Of a stretch of DNA of 64,000 nt, positions 1-9,217 are shown piece after piece. Under the pieces are notes generated by a model. The model was not told the DNA's origin. It was given only the letters and a program-made list of their open reading frames with translations, and made no database searches. The first letter of the stretch is position 1, and each line of letters begins with the position of its first letter. The position numbers and the translations under genes were made by a program. The DNA is taken from the NCBI GenBank assembly GCA_963816395.1, contig CAWFKQ010000009.1, positions 256,001 to 320,000 on the forward strand, in the 5' to 3' direction. Source of the stretch: an uncultured delta proteobacterium. GTDB taxonomy: Bacteria; Desulfobacterota; Desulfuromonadia; Desulfuromonadales; JACZKF01.

Positions 1-164
1 TGACCGAGGCCATGCTGCGGGAGCATGGAAATGTCTCTTCCGCTTCGGTGCTGTTCGTCCTGGAGCAATGGCTTGCCTCCGAACGCTCCCGGCATGCCGG
101 GCACGGACTGCTGTCCGCGTTCGGCCCGGGGTTCTCGGCCGAGATGCTGTTGCTGGAAGTGTAA
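1..164 (+). CDS. Type III polyketide synthase (chalcone/stilbene synthase-like), 3' end only
   Basis: Frame from base 3 reads ...[18 protein letters not shown]...[18 protein letters not shown], with the GNxSSASV and AFGPG motifs of type III PKS. Not in the ORF track because it is truncated by the window edge. Confidence 0.85.
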   Translation, partial: TEAMLREHGNVSSASVLFVLEQWLASERSRHAGHGLLSAFGPGFSAEMLLLEV

Positions 165-243
165 ACACCTCCAAATACCCCACCTCCGGGCACATGTCGG
201 CAGGCTCTGACGGCCGTGACGCCGAATTGCCAGGACGGCAAAG

Positions 244-277
244 AAAATCCCCTAGCCCTTGCGGGGTAGAGGATTTT
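244..277. terminator. Probable bidirectional intrinsic terminator between the convergent PKS and glmS genes
   Basis: AAAATCCCCTAGCCC-TTGC-GGGGTAGAGGATTTT imperfect hairpin with A/T runs on both sides. Confidence 0.65.
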
Positions 278-330
278 ATTTTCGCTGATCACCTGGCGCG
301 GCGGCGGCTGCAATTCGTGGTTGCCGTAGC

Positions 331-2160
331 TTATTCCACCGTGACGCTCTTGGCCAGATTGCGCGGCTGGTCGACATCGGTCCCTTTGAGGACGGCGATA
401 TGATAGGCGAGAAGCTGCAGGGGGACCGCGGTGAGGATGGGCATCAGGTCGTCGGCGATGGTCGGCAGCTGGAAAACCACGTCGGCCTTCTCCAGCAGTT
501 CGCCTTCGGCGTGGTCGGTGATGGCGATCACCCTGCCGCCCCGGGCGCGCACCTCTTCCATATTGGAGACCACCTTGTCGAAGGTGTCGTTGCGCGTAGC
601 GATGATCACCACCGGCATCTTTTCGTCAATCAGGGCGATCGGGCCGTGCTTCATCTCGCCGGCCGGGTAGCCTTCGGCGTGGATGTAGGAGATCTCCTTG
701 AGCTTCAGCGCCCCTTCGAGGGCGATCGGATACTGGTTGCCGCGCCCCAGGTAGAGGAAATCGTGCGTCGCCAGGTAATTGCGGGCGACCTCTTCGATCA
801 CCGCATCCAACTCCAGCGCCTCCTCCAGCTTGCGGGGGAGCTTGAGCAGATCGCGGACCAGCTCCCGGCAGCCATCGGCGGAGATCACCCCGCGCGCCAT
901 TCCCAGGCGCAGGGCGAGCAGGTAAAGGGCGGCCAGCTGGGTGGTGAAGGCCTTGGTGGAGGCGACGCCGATCTCCGGACCGGCGTGGGTATAGATTACC
1001 CCGTCGCTCTCCCGGGCAATGGAAGATTCCACGACATTGCAGATGGCCACCGTCCGGCCCTTCTTCCCCTTGGCCTCGCGCAGCGCCGCCAGGGTGTCGG
1101 CGGTTTCGCCGCTCTGACTGATGAGAATGGTGAGGCTGCGCTCGGAGACGATCGGGTCGCGGTAACGGAATTCGCTGGCGATATCGACTTCCACCGGCAC
1201 CCGGGCCAGTTTCTCCAGAAGGAATTTGCCGACCAGCCCGGCATGCCAGGAAGTTCCGCAGGCGACAATGAAGATCTTCTCCAGCCGGCGCAGTTCGTCG
1301 TCGGCAAGAGTGAATCCTTCCAGGTAGATATCGCCTTCGTCTTCGAGGATCCGCCCGGCCAGGGTATCGGCTATGGCCCGCGGCTGCTCATAGATCTCCT
1401 TGAGCATGAAATGCTTGTAGCCCCCTTTCTCCGCCATCAGGGGACTCCAGGTAATCGTTTTGGGCGTCTTCTGCCGGGGCTGGCCAGCCAGATCGGTCAC
1501 CTGCAGACGGCCGTCGGTGAAAACGACCATCTCCCCATCTTCGAGGAAAATCACCTCGCGGGTGTGGGAGAGCATGGCCGGGATGTCGGAGGCGACGAAA
1601 TGCTCCCCCTCCCCCTGGCCGACCACCAGCGGGGAGCCGAGCTTGGCGGCGATCAGCTTCCCCGGTTCCTGCTCGCAGAGAATGGCGACCGCGTAGGCGC
1701 CGCGCACCTCGGCAAGGGCGCGGCGCACGGCCGCTTCAAAGTCATGGACGAGGTTGAAATGATGCTCGATGAGGTGGGCGATGACTTCCGTGTCGGTCTC
1801 CGAACGGAAGACGTGCCCGGCCTGGCGCAGGCGCTCCTTGAGCGAGAGATAGTTCTCGATGATGCCGTTGTGGACCACCACGATGCCGCCGGCATAGTGG
1901 GGGTGGGCATTGTTTTCCGAGGGGCGGCCGTGGGTGGCCCAGCGGGTATGGCCGATGCCGCAGTGCCCCTGCACCGGCCGCTCCCGCAGGACCTTCTCCA
2001 GGTTGACGAGTTTTCCCTGGGCGCGCCGGATCTCGATGGCGCCGCCGTTCAGGGTGGCGATTCCCGCCGAGTCGTACCCCCGGTATTCCAGCCGCCGCAG
2101 CCCATCCAGGATAATGGGGGTGGCATCCTGCCCTCCGATATAACCGACAATGCCGCACAT
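331..2160 (-). CDS. glmS: Glutamine--fructose-6-phosphate transaminase
   Basis: MCGIVG N-terminus, [10 protein letters not shown]-terminal [13 protein letters not shown]. Confidence 0.99.
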   Translation of the reverse strand: MCGIVGYIGGQDATPIILDGLRRLEYRGYDSAGIATLNGGAIEIRRAQGKLVNLEKVLRERPVQGHCGIGHTRWATHGRPSENNAHPHYAGGIVVVHNGIIENYLSLKERLRQAGHVFRSETDTEVIAHLIEHHFNLVHDFEAAVRRALAEVRGAYAVAILCEQEPGKLIAAKLGSPLVVGQGEGEHFVASDIPAMLSHTREVIFLEDGEMVVFTDGRLQVTDLAGQPRQKTPKTITWSPLMAEKGGYKHFMLKEIYEQPRAIADTLAGRILEDEGDIYLEGFTLADDELRRLEKIFIVACGTSWHAGLVGKFLLEKLARVPVEVDIASEFRYRDPIVSERSLTILISQSGETADTLAALREAKGKKGRTVAICNVVESSIARESDGVIYTHAGPEIGVASTKAFTTQLAALYLLALRLGMARGVISADGCRELVRDLLKLPRKLEEALELDAVIEEVARNYLATHDFLYLGRGNQYPIALEGALKLKEISYIHAEGYPAGEMKHGPIALIDEKMPVVIIATRNDTFDKVVSNMEEVRARGGRVIAITDHAEGELLEKADVVFQLPTIADDLMPILTAVPLQLLAYHIAVLKGTDVDQPRNLAKSVTVE

Positions 2161-2236
2161 GCAGATATCTCCTGATCAAAGGAACACAAAGTACCAGTGG
2201 TCGGAAGAGAGTTCCGGCAGACCGGAATCCACTAAG

Positions 2237-3613
2237 CTATGTTTTCTTTTTCAGCCGCCAGCCGTCCTTATTCACCTGCGGGGTGCGGGCCAGGGCCAGG
2301 GAATCGGGGGGGACATCCCGGGTGATGGTGGAGCCGGCGGCGATCAGGCTGTTGCGGCCGATGCGCACCGGCGCGACGAACTGGGTGTCGCTGCCGACGA
2401 AGACGTGGTCCTCGATGATCGTTTTATGTTTGTTGACGCCGTCGTAATTGCAGGTGATGGTGCCGCAGCCGATATTCACCTCGGCGCCGATATCCGTGTC
2501 CCCGAGATAGGTCAGGTGACTGGCCTTGGAGCCTTGGCCGAGCACTGCCTTCTTGGTTTCGACGAAGTTGCCGATCTTGTTGTGCCCGGCAAGCACGGTG
2601 CCCGGCCGCAGATGGGCCATCGGCCCGACATCGGTATCGCTGCCGACGGTGGCCTCCGCCAGGACCGAGCCGGCCTTGAGGTGGACCCGATCGCCAATGG
2701 TGCAGTCGCTGACGACGACGCCCGGTTCCACCACGCACTCCCGGCCGAGGCGGGTGCGGCCGCGCAGATGCACGCCGGGGTGGATGATCGTGTCCTCGCC
2801 GATCTCCACGTCCGGGTCGATATAGGCAGCGGCCGGATCGATCAGGGTCACGCCGTTCTGCATCATCTGCTCGTTGATCCGGCGGCGCAGGATCGTATTC
2901 GCCTCCGCCAATTGCACCCGGTCGTTGATCCCCATCGTTTCCTCCGCTTCCGTCGCCGCGACGGCGGTAACAACGTGCCCGGCGGCGCGCGCCGCCGCCA
3001 CCACGTCGGTCAGATAATATTCTCCCTGGGCATTATTGCGGGTCACTCCCTGCAGGGCCTCGAATACGAAGGGCGCGGCAAAAGCATAGATGCCGGAATT
3101 GACTTCCTTGACGGCTCGCTCGGCCGGCGAGGCATCCTTCTCCTCGACAATGCGCAGCACCTGGTCTGCCTCGCGAATGATACGGCCATAACCGTGCGGA
3201 TCGGCCAGGACGGCGGTGAGAACGGTGACCGCCGCTCCCCGGGCGTTGTGGCAGGCGAGCAGGCGCTCCACCGTTTGCCGCCGCAGCAGCGGTACATCCC
3301 CGCAGAGCAACAGCAGCGTGCCGCGAAAATCAGCCAGCAGCGGCCTGGCACAGAGCAGGGCATGGCCGGTCCCCAGCTGTTCATCCTGCCGGGCGAAAGA
3401 AAGTCCCGGATCGGCTAGAGCGGTCTCCACCGCCGCGGCCCGGTGGCCGACCACCATAACGCTCGGGCGGCAGCCGAGGCTGCTGGTGAGCCGGGCCGGG
3501 TAGTGGGCCAGCGGATAGCCGCAAAGAGGGTGCAGCACCTTCGGCAGTGCCGACTTCATGCGTGTCCCTTTGCCGGCGGCGAGGATGACCGCGGCCAGAT
3601 GAGCCTGTTCCAT
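2237..3613 (-). CDS. glmU: Bifunctional UDP-GlcNAc pyrophosphorylase / GlcN-1-P acetyltransferase
   Basis: ILAAGKGTRMKS..PKVLH, hexapeptide repeats, NYDGVNKHKT; start placed at ATG 3613. Confidence 0.98.
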   Translation of the reverse strand: MEQAHLAAVILAAGKGTRMKSALPKVLHPLCGYPLAHYPARLTSSLGCRPSVMVVGHRAAAVETALADPGLSFARQDEQLGTGHALLCARPLLADFRGTLLLLCGDVPLLRRQTVERLLACHNARGAAVTVLTAVLADPHGYGRIIREADQVLRIVEEKDASPAERAVKEVNSGIYAFAAPFVFEALQGVTRNNAQGEYYLTDVVAAARAAGHVVTAVAATEAEETMGINDRVQLAEANTILRRRINEQMMQNGVTLIDPAAAYIDPDVEIGEDTIIHPGVHLRGRTRLGRECVVEPGVVVSDCTIGDRVHLKAGSVLAEATVGSDTDVGPMAHLRPGTVLAGHNKIGNFVETKKAVLGQGSKASHLTYLGDTDIGAEVNIGCGTITCNYDGVNKHKTIIEDHVFVGSDTQFVAPVRIGRNSLIAAGSTITRDVPPDSLALARTPQVNKDGWRLKKKT

Positions 3614-3766
3614 GGAAATGCCTGAAAAAATGAGGATTGGTGAGGGATTCATTATACGAAAAGGAGGCGGAGAGTCAAGGCCGTGACTGCCGTTAAGGCC
3701 CGGCAAATCGATATATTTTGCAAAGTGAATGGCACTTCAGTATAGTGAGTGACTTGGGAGGCTTGC

Positions 3767-4306
3767 ATGAAAGACCGCGGCGCCATTGCCCATGAACTGG
3801 CCGAAATCGAGCTGGAACTGAAAGAACTGGAAATCCTCTTCGAGCAGTATTTCGCCGGCGTGGAAAAGCGGGAGCCGCTCCAGGAGCGGCAGTCGCTGGC
3901 GCGGCGCCTGCGCCAGCTCGCCAATCGGCACATCAGTCAGACCGACCTGCGTTTCCGCTACCAGAACCTCGCCACCCGCTTTCACAGTTATGGCGGCCAT
4001 TGGGACCGGATCCTGCGTCTGATGGACGAGGGGCGCTATCACCGGCAGCATTGGTGCCCCTTGCCGAAGCCGGCAAAGCCGGCGGTTGCGGAGCCGGCAG
4101 GGGCGGTGGAGAGGATTTACCGGGAGCTGCTGCAGGCGCATCAGGCCTGCAAGCTTCGGGGGCCGCTGCCGGAGCGGCAGAAGGTGGCGCAATTTCTGGA
4201 GCAGCAGGAGGAAAAAATTCGCGAGAAGTTCGGCAATCGCGAAGTGGAATTCCGGGTCGAAACGGACGGCGGCAAGCCGAAAATCAAGGTCAGGGCGAAA
4301 CAGTAG
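3767..4306 (+). CDS. Conserved hypothetical protein resembling the MXAN_5187 C-terminal domain family
   Basis: FEQYFAGVEKREP...LRFRYQNL...WDRILR and C-terminal VEFRVETDGGKPKIK pattern; GGAGG RBS. Confidence 0.65.
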   Translation: MKDRGAIAHELAEIELELKELEILFEQYFAGVEKREPLQERQSLARRLRQLANRHISQTDLRFRYQNLATRFHSYGGHWDRILRLMDEGRYHRQHWCPLPKPAKPAVAEPAGAVERIYRELLQAHQACKLRGPLPERQKVAQFLEQQEEKIREKFGNREVEFRVETDGGKPKIKVRAKQ

Positions 4307-4317
4307 CAGGTCTTCGG

Positions 4318-5445
4318 ATGGTGCGAGAGCAGAGCAAAACAGCCCTGGTGCTGGCTGGCGGCGGCATCATGGGCGCGGCCTATGAAATCGGCTGCCTGGC
4401 CGCCTTGGACCGGCTTTTCACCCCTTCTTTCAATACCCGCCGCTTCGACATGTACGTCGGCGTCAGTGCCGGTTCGGTAATCGCCTCCCTGGTGGCCAAC
4501 CGCATCGCCCCGGCCCTGCTCTTCCGGGTCATCGCCCGCAACGAGCTGCGGGTGTTCAATTGGAGCCGTTCGGATATCTATCGGCTCGACATTCGGGAAC
4601 TCCTTTCCTCCTGCCGCGATATGGTGCGAAACTTCTATCGGATTTTCCGCCATTACCGGCATAATCACTGGAAATTCTCCCTCACCGACCTTTTCTACAT
4701 CCTCCAGGAGCAGTTTCCCTCCGGCCTTTATTCCCTGGGGCCGATGGAAAAATATCTCTGTCGGTCCTTCCGCCAGGAAGGGATTATCGATGATTTCCAC
4801 CTGATTCAGCCCGAACTCTACATCCCGGCCTACGACCTGGACCGTGGAGTGCGGGTGATCTTCGGCAGCGAGGGTTTCCGGGACGTCCATATCTGCCAGG
4901 CCATCACCGCTTCCTGCGCCATCCCCTATTTTTTCCGCCCGCACAAGGTTGGCAGCCGGCATTATGTGGATGGTTCCATCGGTCGGGTGACGCACCTGGA
5001 CATTGCCATCGAGCGGGGGGCCAAGCTGATCGTGGTCATCAATCCCCGGGTACCGGTGCACAACGATATGGAACGCTTCTGCCTTCCCTCCATGTCTTTC
5101 GGCAAGTGCTCCAGCATCGCCGAACTGGGGATCTCCTACGCCTGGGAACAGTCCCAGCGGATCGAGAACAAGGAAAAGCTGGATCTCGCCTTGGACACCT
5201 ACCGGCGCACCCATCCGGAGGTTGACATCCTGCTGATCGAGCCCGGCAATGAGGAGGCGCTCCTTTTCTTCCAGAGCCCGATGAGCAATGAGGCCCGTAA
5301 CCACATCATGAATTACGGGTATAATTTGACGCTGGGACAGCTGCGTGAGCGCTTCAGAGAATTCCACGAGGTGCTCGGCCGCCACGGTATCGAAGTGAAC
5401 GACCGCCGCCTGCACCTGAATGCCCCAGCGGAGGTATCGGCCTGA
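4318..5445 (+). CDS. Patatin-like phospholipase family protein
   Basis: LVLAGGGIMG, GVSAG nucleophile elbow, DGS motif. Confidence 0.9.
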   Translation: MVREQSKTALVLAGGGIMGAAYEIGCLAALDRLFTPSFNTRRFDMYVGVSAGSVIASLVANRIAPALLFRVIARNELRVFNWSRSDIYRLDIRELLSSCRDMVRNFYRIFRHYRHNHWKFSLTDLFYILQEQFPSGLYSLGPMEKYLCRSFRQEGIIDDFHLIQPELYIPAYDLDRGVRVIFGSEGFRDVHICQAITASCAIPYFFRPHKVGSRHYVDGSIGRVTHLDIAIERGAKLIVVINPRVPVHNDMERFCLPSMSFGKCSSIAELGISYAWEQSQRIENKEKLDLALDTYRRTHPEVDILLIEPGNEEALLFFQSPMSNEARNHIMNYGYNLTLGQLRERFREFHEVLGRHGIEVNDRRLHLNAPAEVSA

Positions 5446-5486
5446 GGCGGTGGTTTCCCGCCTGAGATGTATCAGGAAGACCGCGT

Positions 5487-7376
5487 ATGAAGATCGTCCT
5501 GCCCACCCTGCACGTCCGCCGCTCCCCCCAAGCCGTGCCGCTGGCCGCCGCCTGTCTGGCCGCCGCCCTTCCCGCCCCGCTGCGGGACCAGGCCACCCTC
5601 CTGGATTTTTTCCCGCCGGCCGCCGAAGAAGAAATGCTGGAAGAGATTCTGGCCTGCCGACCCGACCTGGTGGCCTTTCCCCTTTATGTCTGGAACCGCA
5701 CGGCTCTGCTCGCTCTGGCACGGCGCCTGCGGCGGGAGTTGCCCGCGCTTCGCCTGGTGGCCGGAGGTCCCGAAGCGACCGCCGACCCGGCCGGGGTCCT
5801 TGCCGAAGGGGCACTTGACGGGGTGGTGCGCGGCGAGGGCGAGATCGCCTTCGCCCGCCTGGCGGAACAGCTTTCCCGCGGGGAAGAACCGTCCGGTCTG
5901 CCCGGCCTCAGCTGGCAGACCCCCAGGGGGATGGTTGCCGGGCCGGATTCGCCGCCGGCCGAACCTGAGGAACTCCCCTCCCCCTGGCTTAGCGGCGTAC
6001 TGGCGCCGGCGGCCGGCGGCGGCGTCCTCTGGGAAACGAGCCGGGGGTGCCCGTTCGGCTGCGATTTCTGCTACGAAGCGAAAGGGAGCCGGGTGGGACG
6101 CCACCTGCCGGCAGCGCGCCTGGAAGCGGAACTGGAGCTGTTCGTCCGCTCCCAGGTCTCCCAGATATGGATTCTCGATCCCACTTTCAACTTCCCCCCG
6201 GAGCGCGGCAAGGAATTGCTGCGCCTGCTGGCCGCGCGGGCACCGCACATCCACATCCACCTCGAGGCAAAGGCCGATTTCCTGGACCGGGATGCCGTGC
6301 GCCTGCTGAACCGCCTCCACTGTTCGGTGCAACTCGGCTATCAATCCGGTCGACCCGAGGTGCTGCGCCTCCTGCACCGCTCCCACGACCCCGAACTCTT
6401 CGCCCGAAAGGTTCACCTCCTGAACGCCGAGGGGGTGACTTTCGGCCTCGATCTCATCTATGGCCTGCCCGGCGACGACTATGCGGGCTTCTGCACCAGC
6501 CTCGATACCGCCCTGGCATTCACTCCCAACAGCATCGACCTGTTTCCCCTTGCCGTCCTGCCCGGAACGCCCCTGTACCGCCGCAGTCAGGAGTTCGGCC
6601 TGCGGGCGCAAGCCGTGCCGCCCTACCAGATTCTGGAGAGCGCCACCTACAGCGCCGCCGATCTGGCCCGCAGCCGCCGCCTGGCTGCGGCCGCCGATCT
6701 CTTCTACAACATCGGTCGGGCGGTCGCGGTTTTCCCCGCCCTGTTGCGCGCCACCGGCCGGAAGCCGGCCACTTTCCTGGAGGGATTCGCCGACTGGGTC
6801 ACCGAGTCAGCCGGGATCGCCGAAGAGAAACTCCTGCAGCCGGAAAGCTGGCGGCCGCGCGACATCCTGCCCCTGCAGGAGGGCTATACAGAGCGGCTGT
6901 TGCGGGCAGCGGGGCGTGCCGACCTTCTGCCGGCGGCCAGCGACCTGCTTCGCTATCATTATCACTATGCGGAAACCCTGTTGGGGGAGGAGACGGTGCC
7001 GCCCGGGGAGGCGCTGACCAGAAGGGATCTGTGGGATACACCCTGGCGGCTCGCGCCCCAGACGCGTCTGGTGCCTTTCACCTATGAGGTGCTCGATCTG
7101 CAGGAGACCGGCGACGTCGACCTGGAGGAACTCGCCGCGATGTTCCGGCCGGTCGGTTCGGTGGCGCTTTTTCTGCGCCGGGGCGAGCAGGTTTTCTGCG
7201 AATCTCTGGAAGAGACTTTTCTCAGGCTGCTGCAGGGGAGCGATGGCCAAAGAACCCCCCGGGAGATCTTTGCCGGTAGTGTCTCCCGGCGAGAGGGGGA
7301 GGAAATCGTCGAGTTCGCTGTTTCCGAGGGTTTTCTGCTGCCGGGGGAAGGAATGGCCTGCCAGGTAGAGAATTGA
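5487..7376 (+). CDS. B12-binding-domain radical SAM protein
   Basis: N-terminal cobalamin-binding-like domain (YVWN, VAGGPEAT) and ETSRGCPFGCDFC CxxxCxxC motif. Confidence 0.9.
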   Translation: MKIVLPTLHVRRSPQAVPLAAACLAAALPAPLRDQATLLDFFPPAAEEEMLEEILACRPDLVAFPLYVWNRTALLALARRLRRELPALRLVAGGPEATADPAGVLAEGALDGVVRGEGEIAFARLAEQLSRGEEPSGLPGLSWQTPRGMVAGPDSPPAEPEELPSPWLSGVLAPAAGGGVLWETSRGCPFGCDFCYEAKGSRVGRHLPAARLEAELELFVRSQVSQIWILDPTFNFPPERGKELLRLLAARAPHIHIHLEAKADFLDRDAVRLLNRLHCSVQLGYQSGRPEVLRLLHRSHDPELFARKVHLLNAEGVTFGLDLIYGLPGDDYAGFCTSLDTALAFTPNSIDLFPLAVLPGTPLYRRSQEFGLRAQAVPPYQILESATYSAADLARSRRLAAAADLFYNIGRAVAVFPALLRATGRKPATFLEGFADWVTESAGIAEEKLLQPESWRPRDILPLQEGYTERLLRAAGRADLLPAASDLLRYHYHYAETLLGEETVPPGEALTRRDLWDTPWRLAPQTRLVPFTYEVLDLQETGDVDLEELAAMFRPVGSVALFLRRGEQVFCESLEETFLRLLQGSDGQRTPREIFAGSVSRREGEEIVEFAVSEGFLLPGEGMACQVEN

Positions 7377-7401
7377 AGAGTGCCATGCCAGGCCAACAAC
7401 C

Positions 7402-7436
7402 AAAAAGCCCCTCTCCTGGAGTGGAGAAGGGCTTTT
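7402..7436. terminator. Probable bidirectional intrinsic terminator
   Basis: AAAAAGCCCCTCTCC-TGGAGT-GGAGAAGGGCTTTT between convergent genes. Confidence 0.7.
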
Positions 7437-7458
7437 CGTTGGTGGCTGCCGCGGCGGG

Positions 7459-7731
7459 TCAGGCCACGCTCATCCGTTTCATGTAGCGCGGCCGCTCGAC
7501 GATCAGACTTTTCAGCTCTCGCACCTCTGGAATTCGTCCAGCTACCCTGACGTTATCATCAATCAGAACCGCCGGAGAAACATAGACCCGGTAATCGATC
7601 ATTTTCCGCCGGTCCAGATAGAGATGCACTTCGGCTTCAACCCCGAGATCCGCCAATGCTTCCCGAACATTTTCCAGGGTTCGTTCGCAACGCCGGCCAT
7701 TCTCAGGCTTGCAGAGTATGTCGATGCGCAT
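7459..7731 (-). CDS. Small thioredoxin-fold (MTH895/ArsE-like) protein
   Basis: MRIDILC..C.RT..NVREAL...SPAVLIDD.V..AGRIP pattern; GGAGGAG RBS. Confidence 0.75.
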   Translation of the reverse strand: MRIDILCKPENGRRCERTLENVREALADLGVEAEVHLYLDRRKMIDYRVYVSPAVLIDDNVRVAGRIPEVRELKSLIVERPRYMKRMSVA

Positions 7732-7769
7732 GATAGTATCTCCTCCCGCATTGATTACCTTTTTGATCA

Positions 7770-7797
7770 ATTATATAGAAATATATTTATATGACAA
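7770..7797 (-). promoter_or_regulatory. Sigma-70-type promoter with an AT-rich palindromic spacer
   Basis: Minus strand TTGTCA-16 bp-TATAAT upstream of the thioredoxin-like gene. Confidence 0.6.
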
Positions 7798-7918
7798 GGA
7801 TTTTTCAGGCCTTGCGGGATTTTTCCGCTGGCGGCGGGCATATCCTCTTTCCTTTTTCCCTCATATCTGGTAGATTCACACCAGCTGTTTCCGGCAGAAA
7901 ATTCCTCGAGTCTCCCTG

Positions 7919-9199
7919 ATGCGTAATACCCCAGCTGTTACACCGGTCTCCCCCCAGCCTACCGTCCTGCCCCGCGCCCAACATCCGATTTCCCGGCAGC
8001 TGATTGACCCCAGCACCCTGAAGGTCCTTTACCGGCTGCACCGACAGGGCTACAAAGCCTATCTGGTCGGAGGCAGCGTCCGCGACCTTTTCCTGGGACG
8101 CACTCCCAAAGATTTCGATGTCGGTACCGATGCGACACCCAATCAGGTCAAGAAGCTCTTCCGCAATTGTTTCCTGGTGGGGCGCCGCTTCCGCCTGGCC
8201 CATGTGCGTTTCAGCGACCAGGTGGTGGAGGTGGCCACCTTCCGCCGTCAGGCAGAACCCGACGATCTGCCGGAGGATCCGGAAGACCATTCGTTCTTTG
8301 CCGAAAACATCTTCGGCACCCCCCAGCAGGATGCCTTTCGCCGCGACTTCACCATCAATGCCCTGTTCTACGACATCGGCACCTTTTCGGTGATCGATTA
8401 CGTGGGTGGGCTGGAAGATCTGGCGTCCCGCCGGCTGCGGGTAATCGGCAATCCGCTGGTGCGGTTTACCGAAGATCCGGTACGCATGTTGCGGGCCCTG
8501 GAATTTGCTGCCCGCCTGGGGTTTTCCCTCGATGAGCAGACCCGCGAAGGAATCTACGCCCGCGCTCCGCTGATCGCCGAGGCGGCGCCGGCGCGCATCC
8601 GCGAGGAATTGATGGAACTGTTTCGCCACCGGGTGGCCGGAGCGGTTCTGCGCAGTGCCCGGGCGATGGGGCTGCTGCCTTATCTGCTGGCCGGTTTCGA
8701 GGGGGACGGCGAGACATTCTCGCTGCTCGATCACCTCGATCTCCGAACCGGTGGCGGGACCCCCATCAGCGAACCTTTTGCCTTGGCCGCGCTCTACCTG
8801 TCACGCTTCCAAAAGGCCGTTCCGGCCGAGGCGACGGTCACCGACGCGGTGCGCCTGGCCGGGCTGGTCCTTGCCCCGCACTGCAACTATTTCCATGTGG
8901 CGCACGGCATCCGCCATCAGGCGCGAGAACTGCTCATCGGTTTTTTCCGCATCCGCCGTGGGCGCGGTCAGCGCGGTGAGCGACGTTTCCTGCAGCATCC
9001 GCAGACTCTCGAAGCATTAAGTCTCTTTTCTCTCTGGGGCGAGGCGACAGGTGCCGGTCAGGACCTGGCAGCCGCCTGGCAGGAGGCTCTGACCGGCAGC
9101 GGTCAGAAAACGGCATCGCCGGCCAACCCGCCCCGGCGGCGCCGGCGGCGGCGCCGGACAAATCGGCGTTCGGACAACCAACCTCCAACCCCCTCCTGA
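7919..9199 (+). CDS. pcnB: Poly(A) polymerase I
   Basis: GGSVRD...KDFDV, PAP signature LVGRRFRLAHVRF, RRDFTINAL, Arg-rich tail. Confidence 0.93.
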   Translation: MRNTPAVTPVSPQPTVLPRAQHPISRQLIDPSTLKVLYRLHRQGYKAYLVGGSVRDLFLGRTPKDFDVGTDATPNQVKKLFRNCFLVGRRFRLAHVRFSDQVVEVATFRRQAEPDDLPEDPEDHSFFAENIFGTPQQDAFRRDFTINALFYDIGTFSVIDYVGGLEDLASRRLRVIGNPLVRFTEDPVRMLRALEFAARLGFSLDEQTREGIYARAPLIAEAAPARIREELMELFRHRVAGAVLRSARAMGLLPYLLAGFEGDGETFSLLDHLDLRTGGGTPISEPFALAALYLSRFQKAVPAEATVTDAVRLAGLVLAPHCNYFHVAHGIRHQARELLIGFFRIRRGRGQRGERRFLQHPQTLEALSLFSLWGEATGAGQDLAAAWQEALTGSGQKTASPANPPRRRRRRRRTNRRSDNQPPTPS

Positions 9200-9217
9200 T
9201 TCGCCACAACTCCTCCC

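Noticed and set aside
280..331. Tn7-like insertion at the attTn7 site downstream of glmS
   Set aside because: No transposon end or tns genes; only a terminator and a convergent PKS gene follow.
2161..2236. glmS ribozyme upstream of glmS
   Set aside because: The glmU-glmS gap is only 76 bp and lacks the recognisable ribozyme core.
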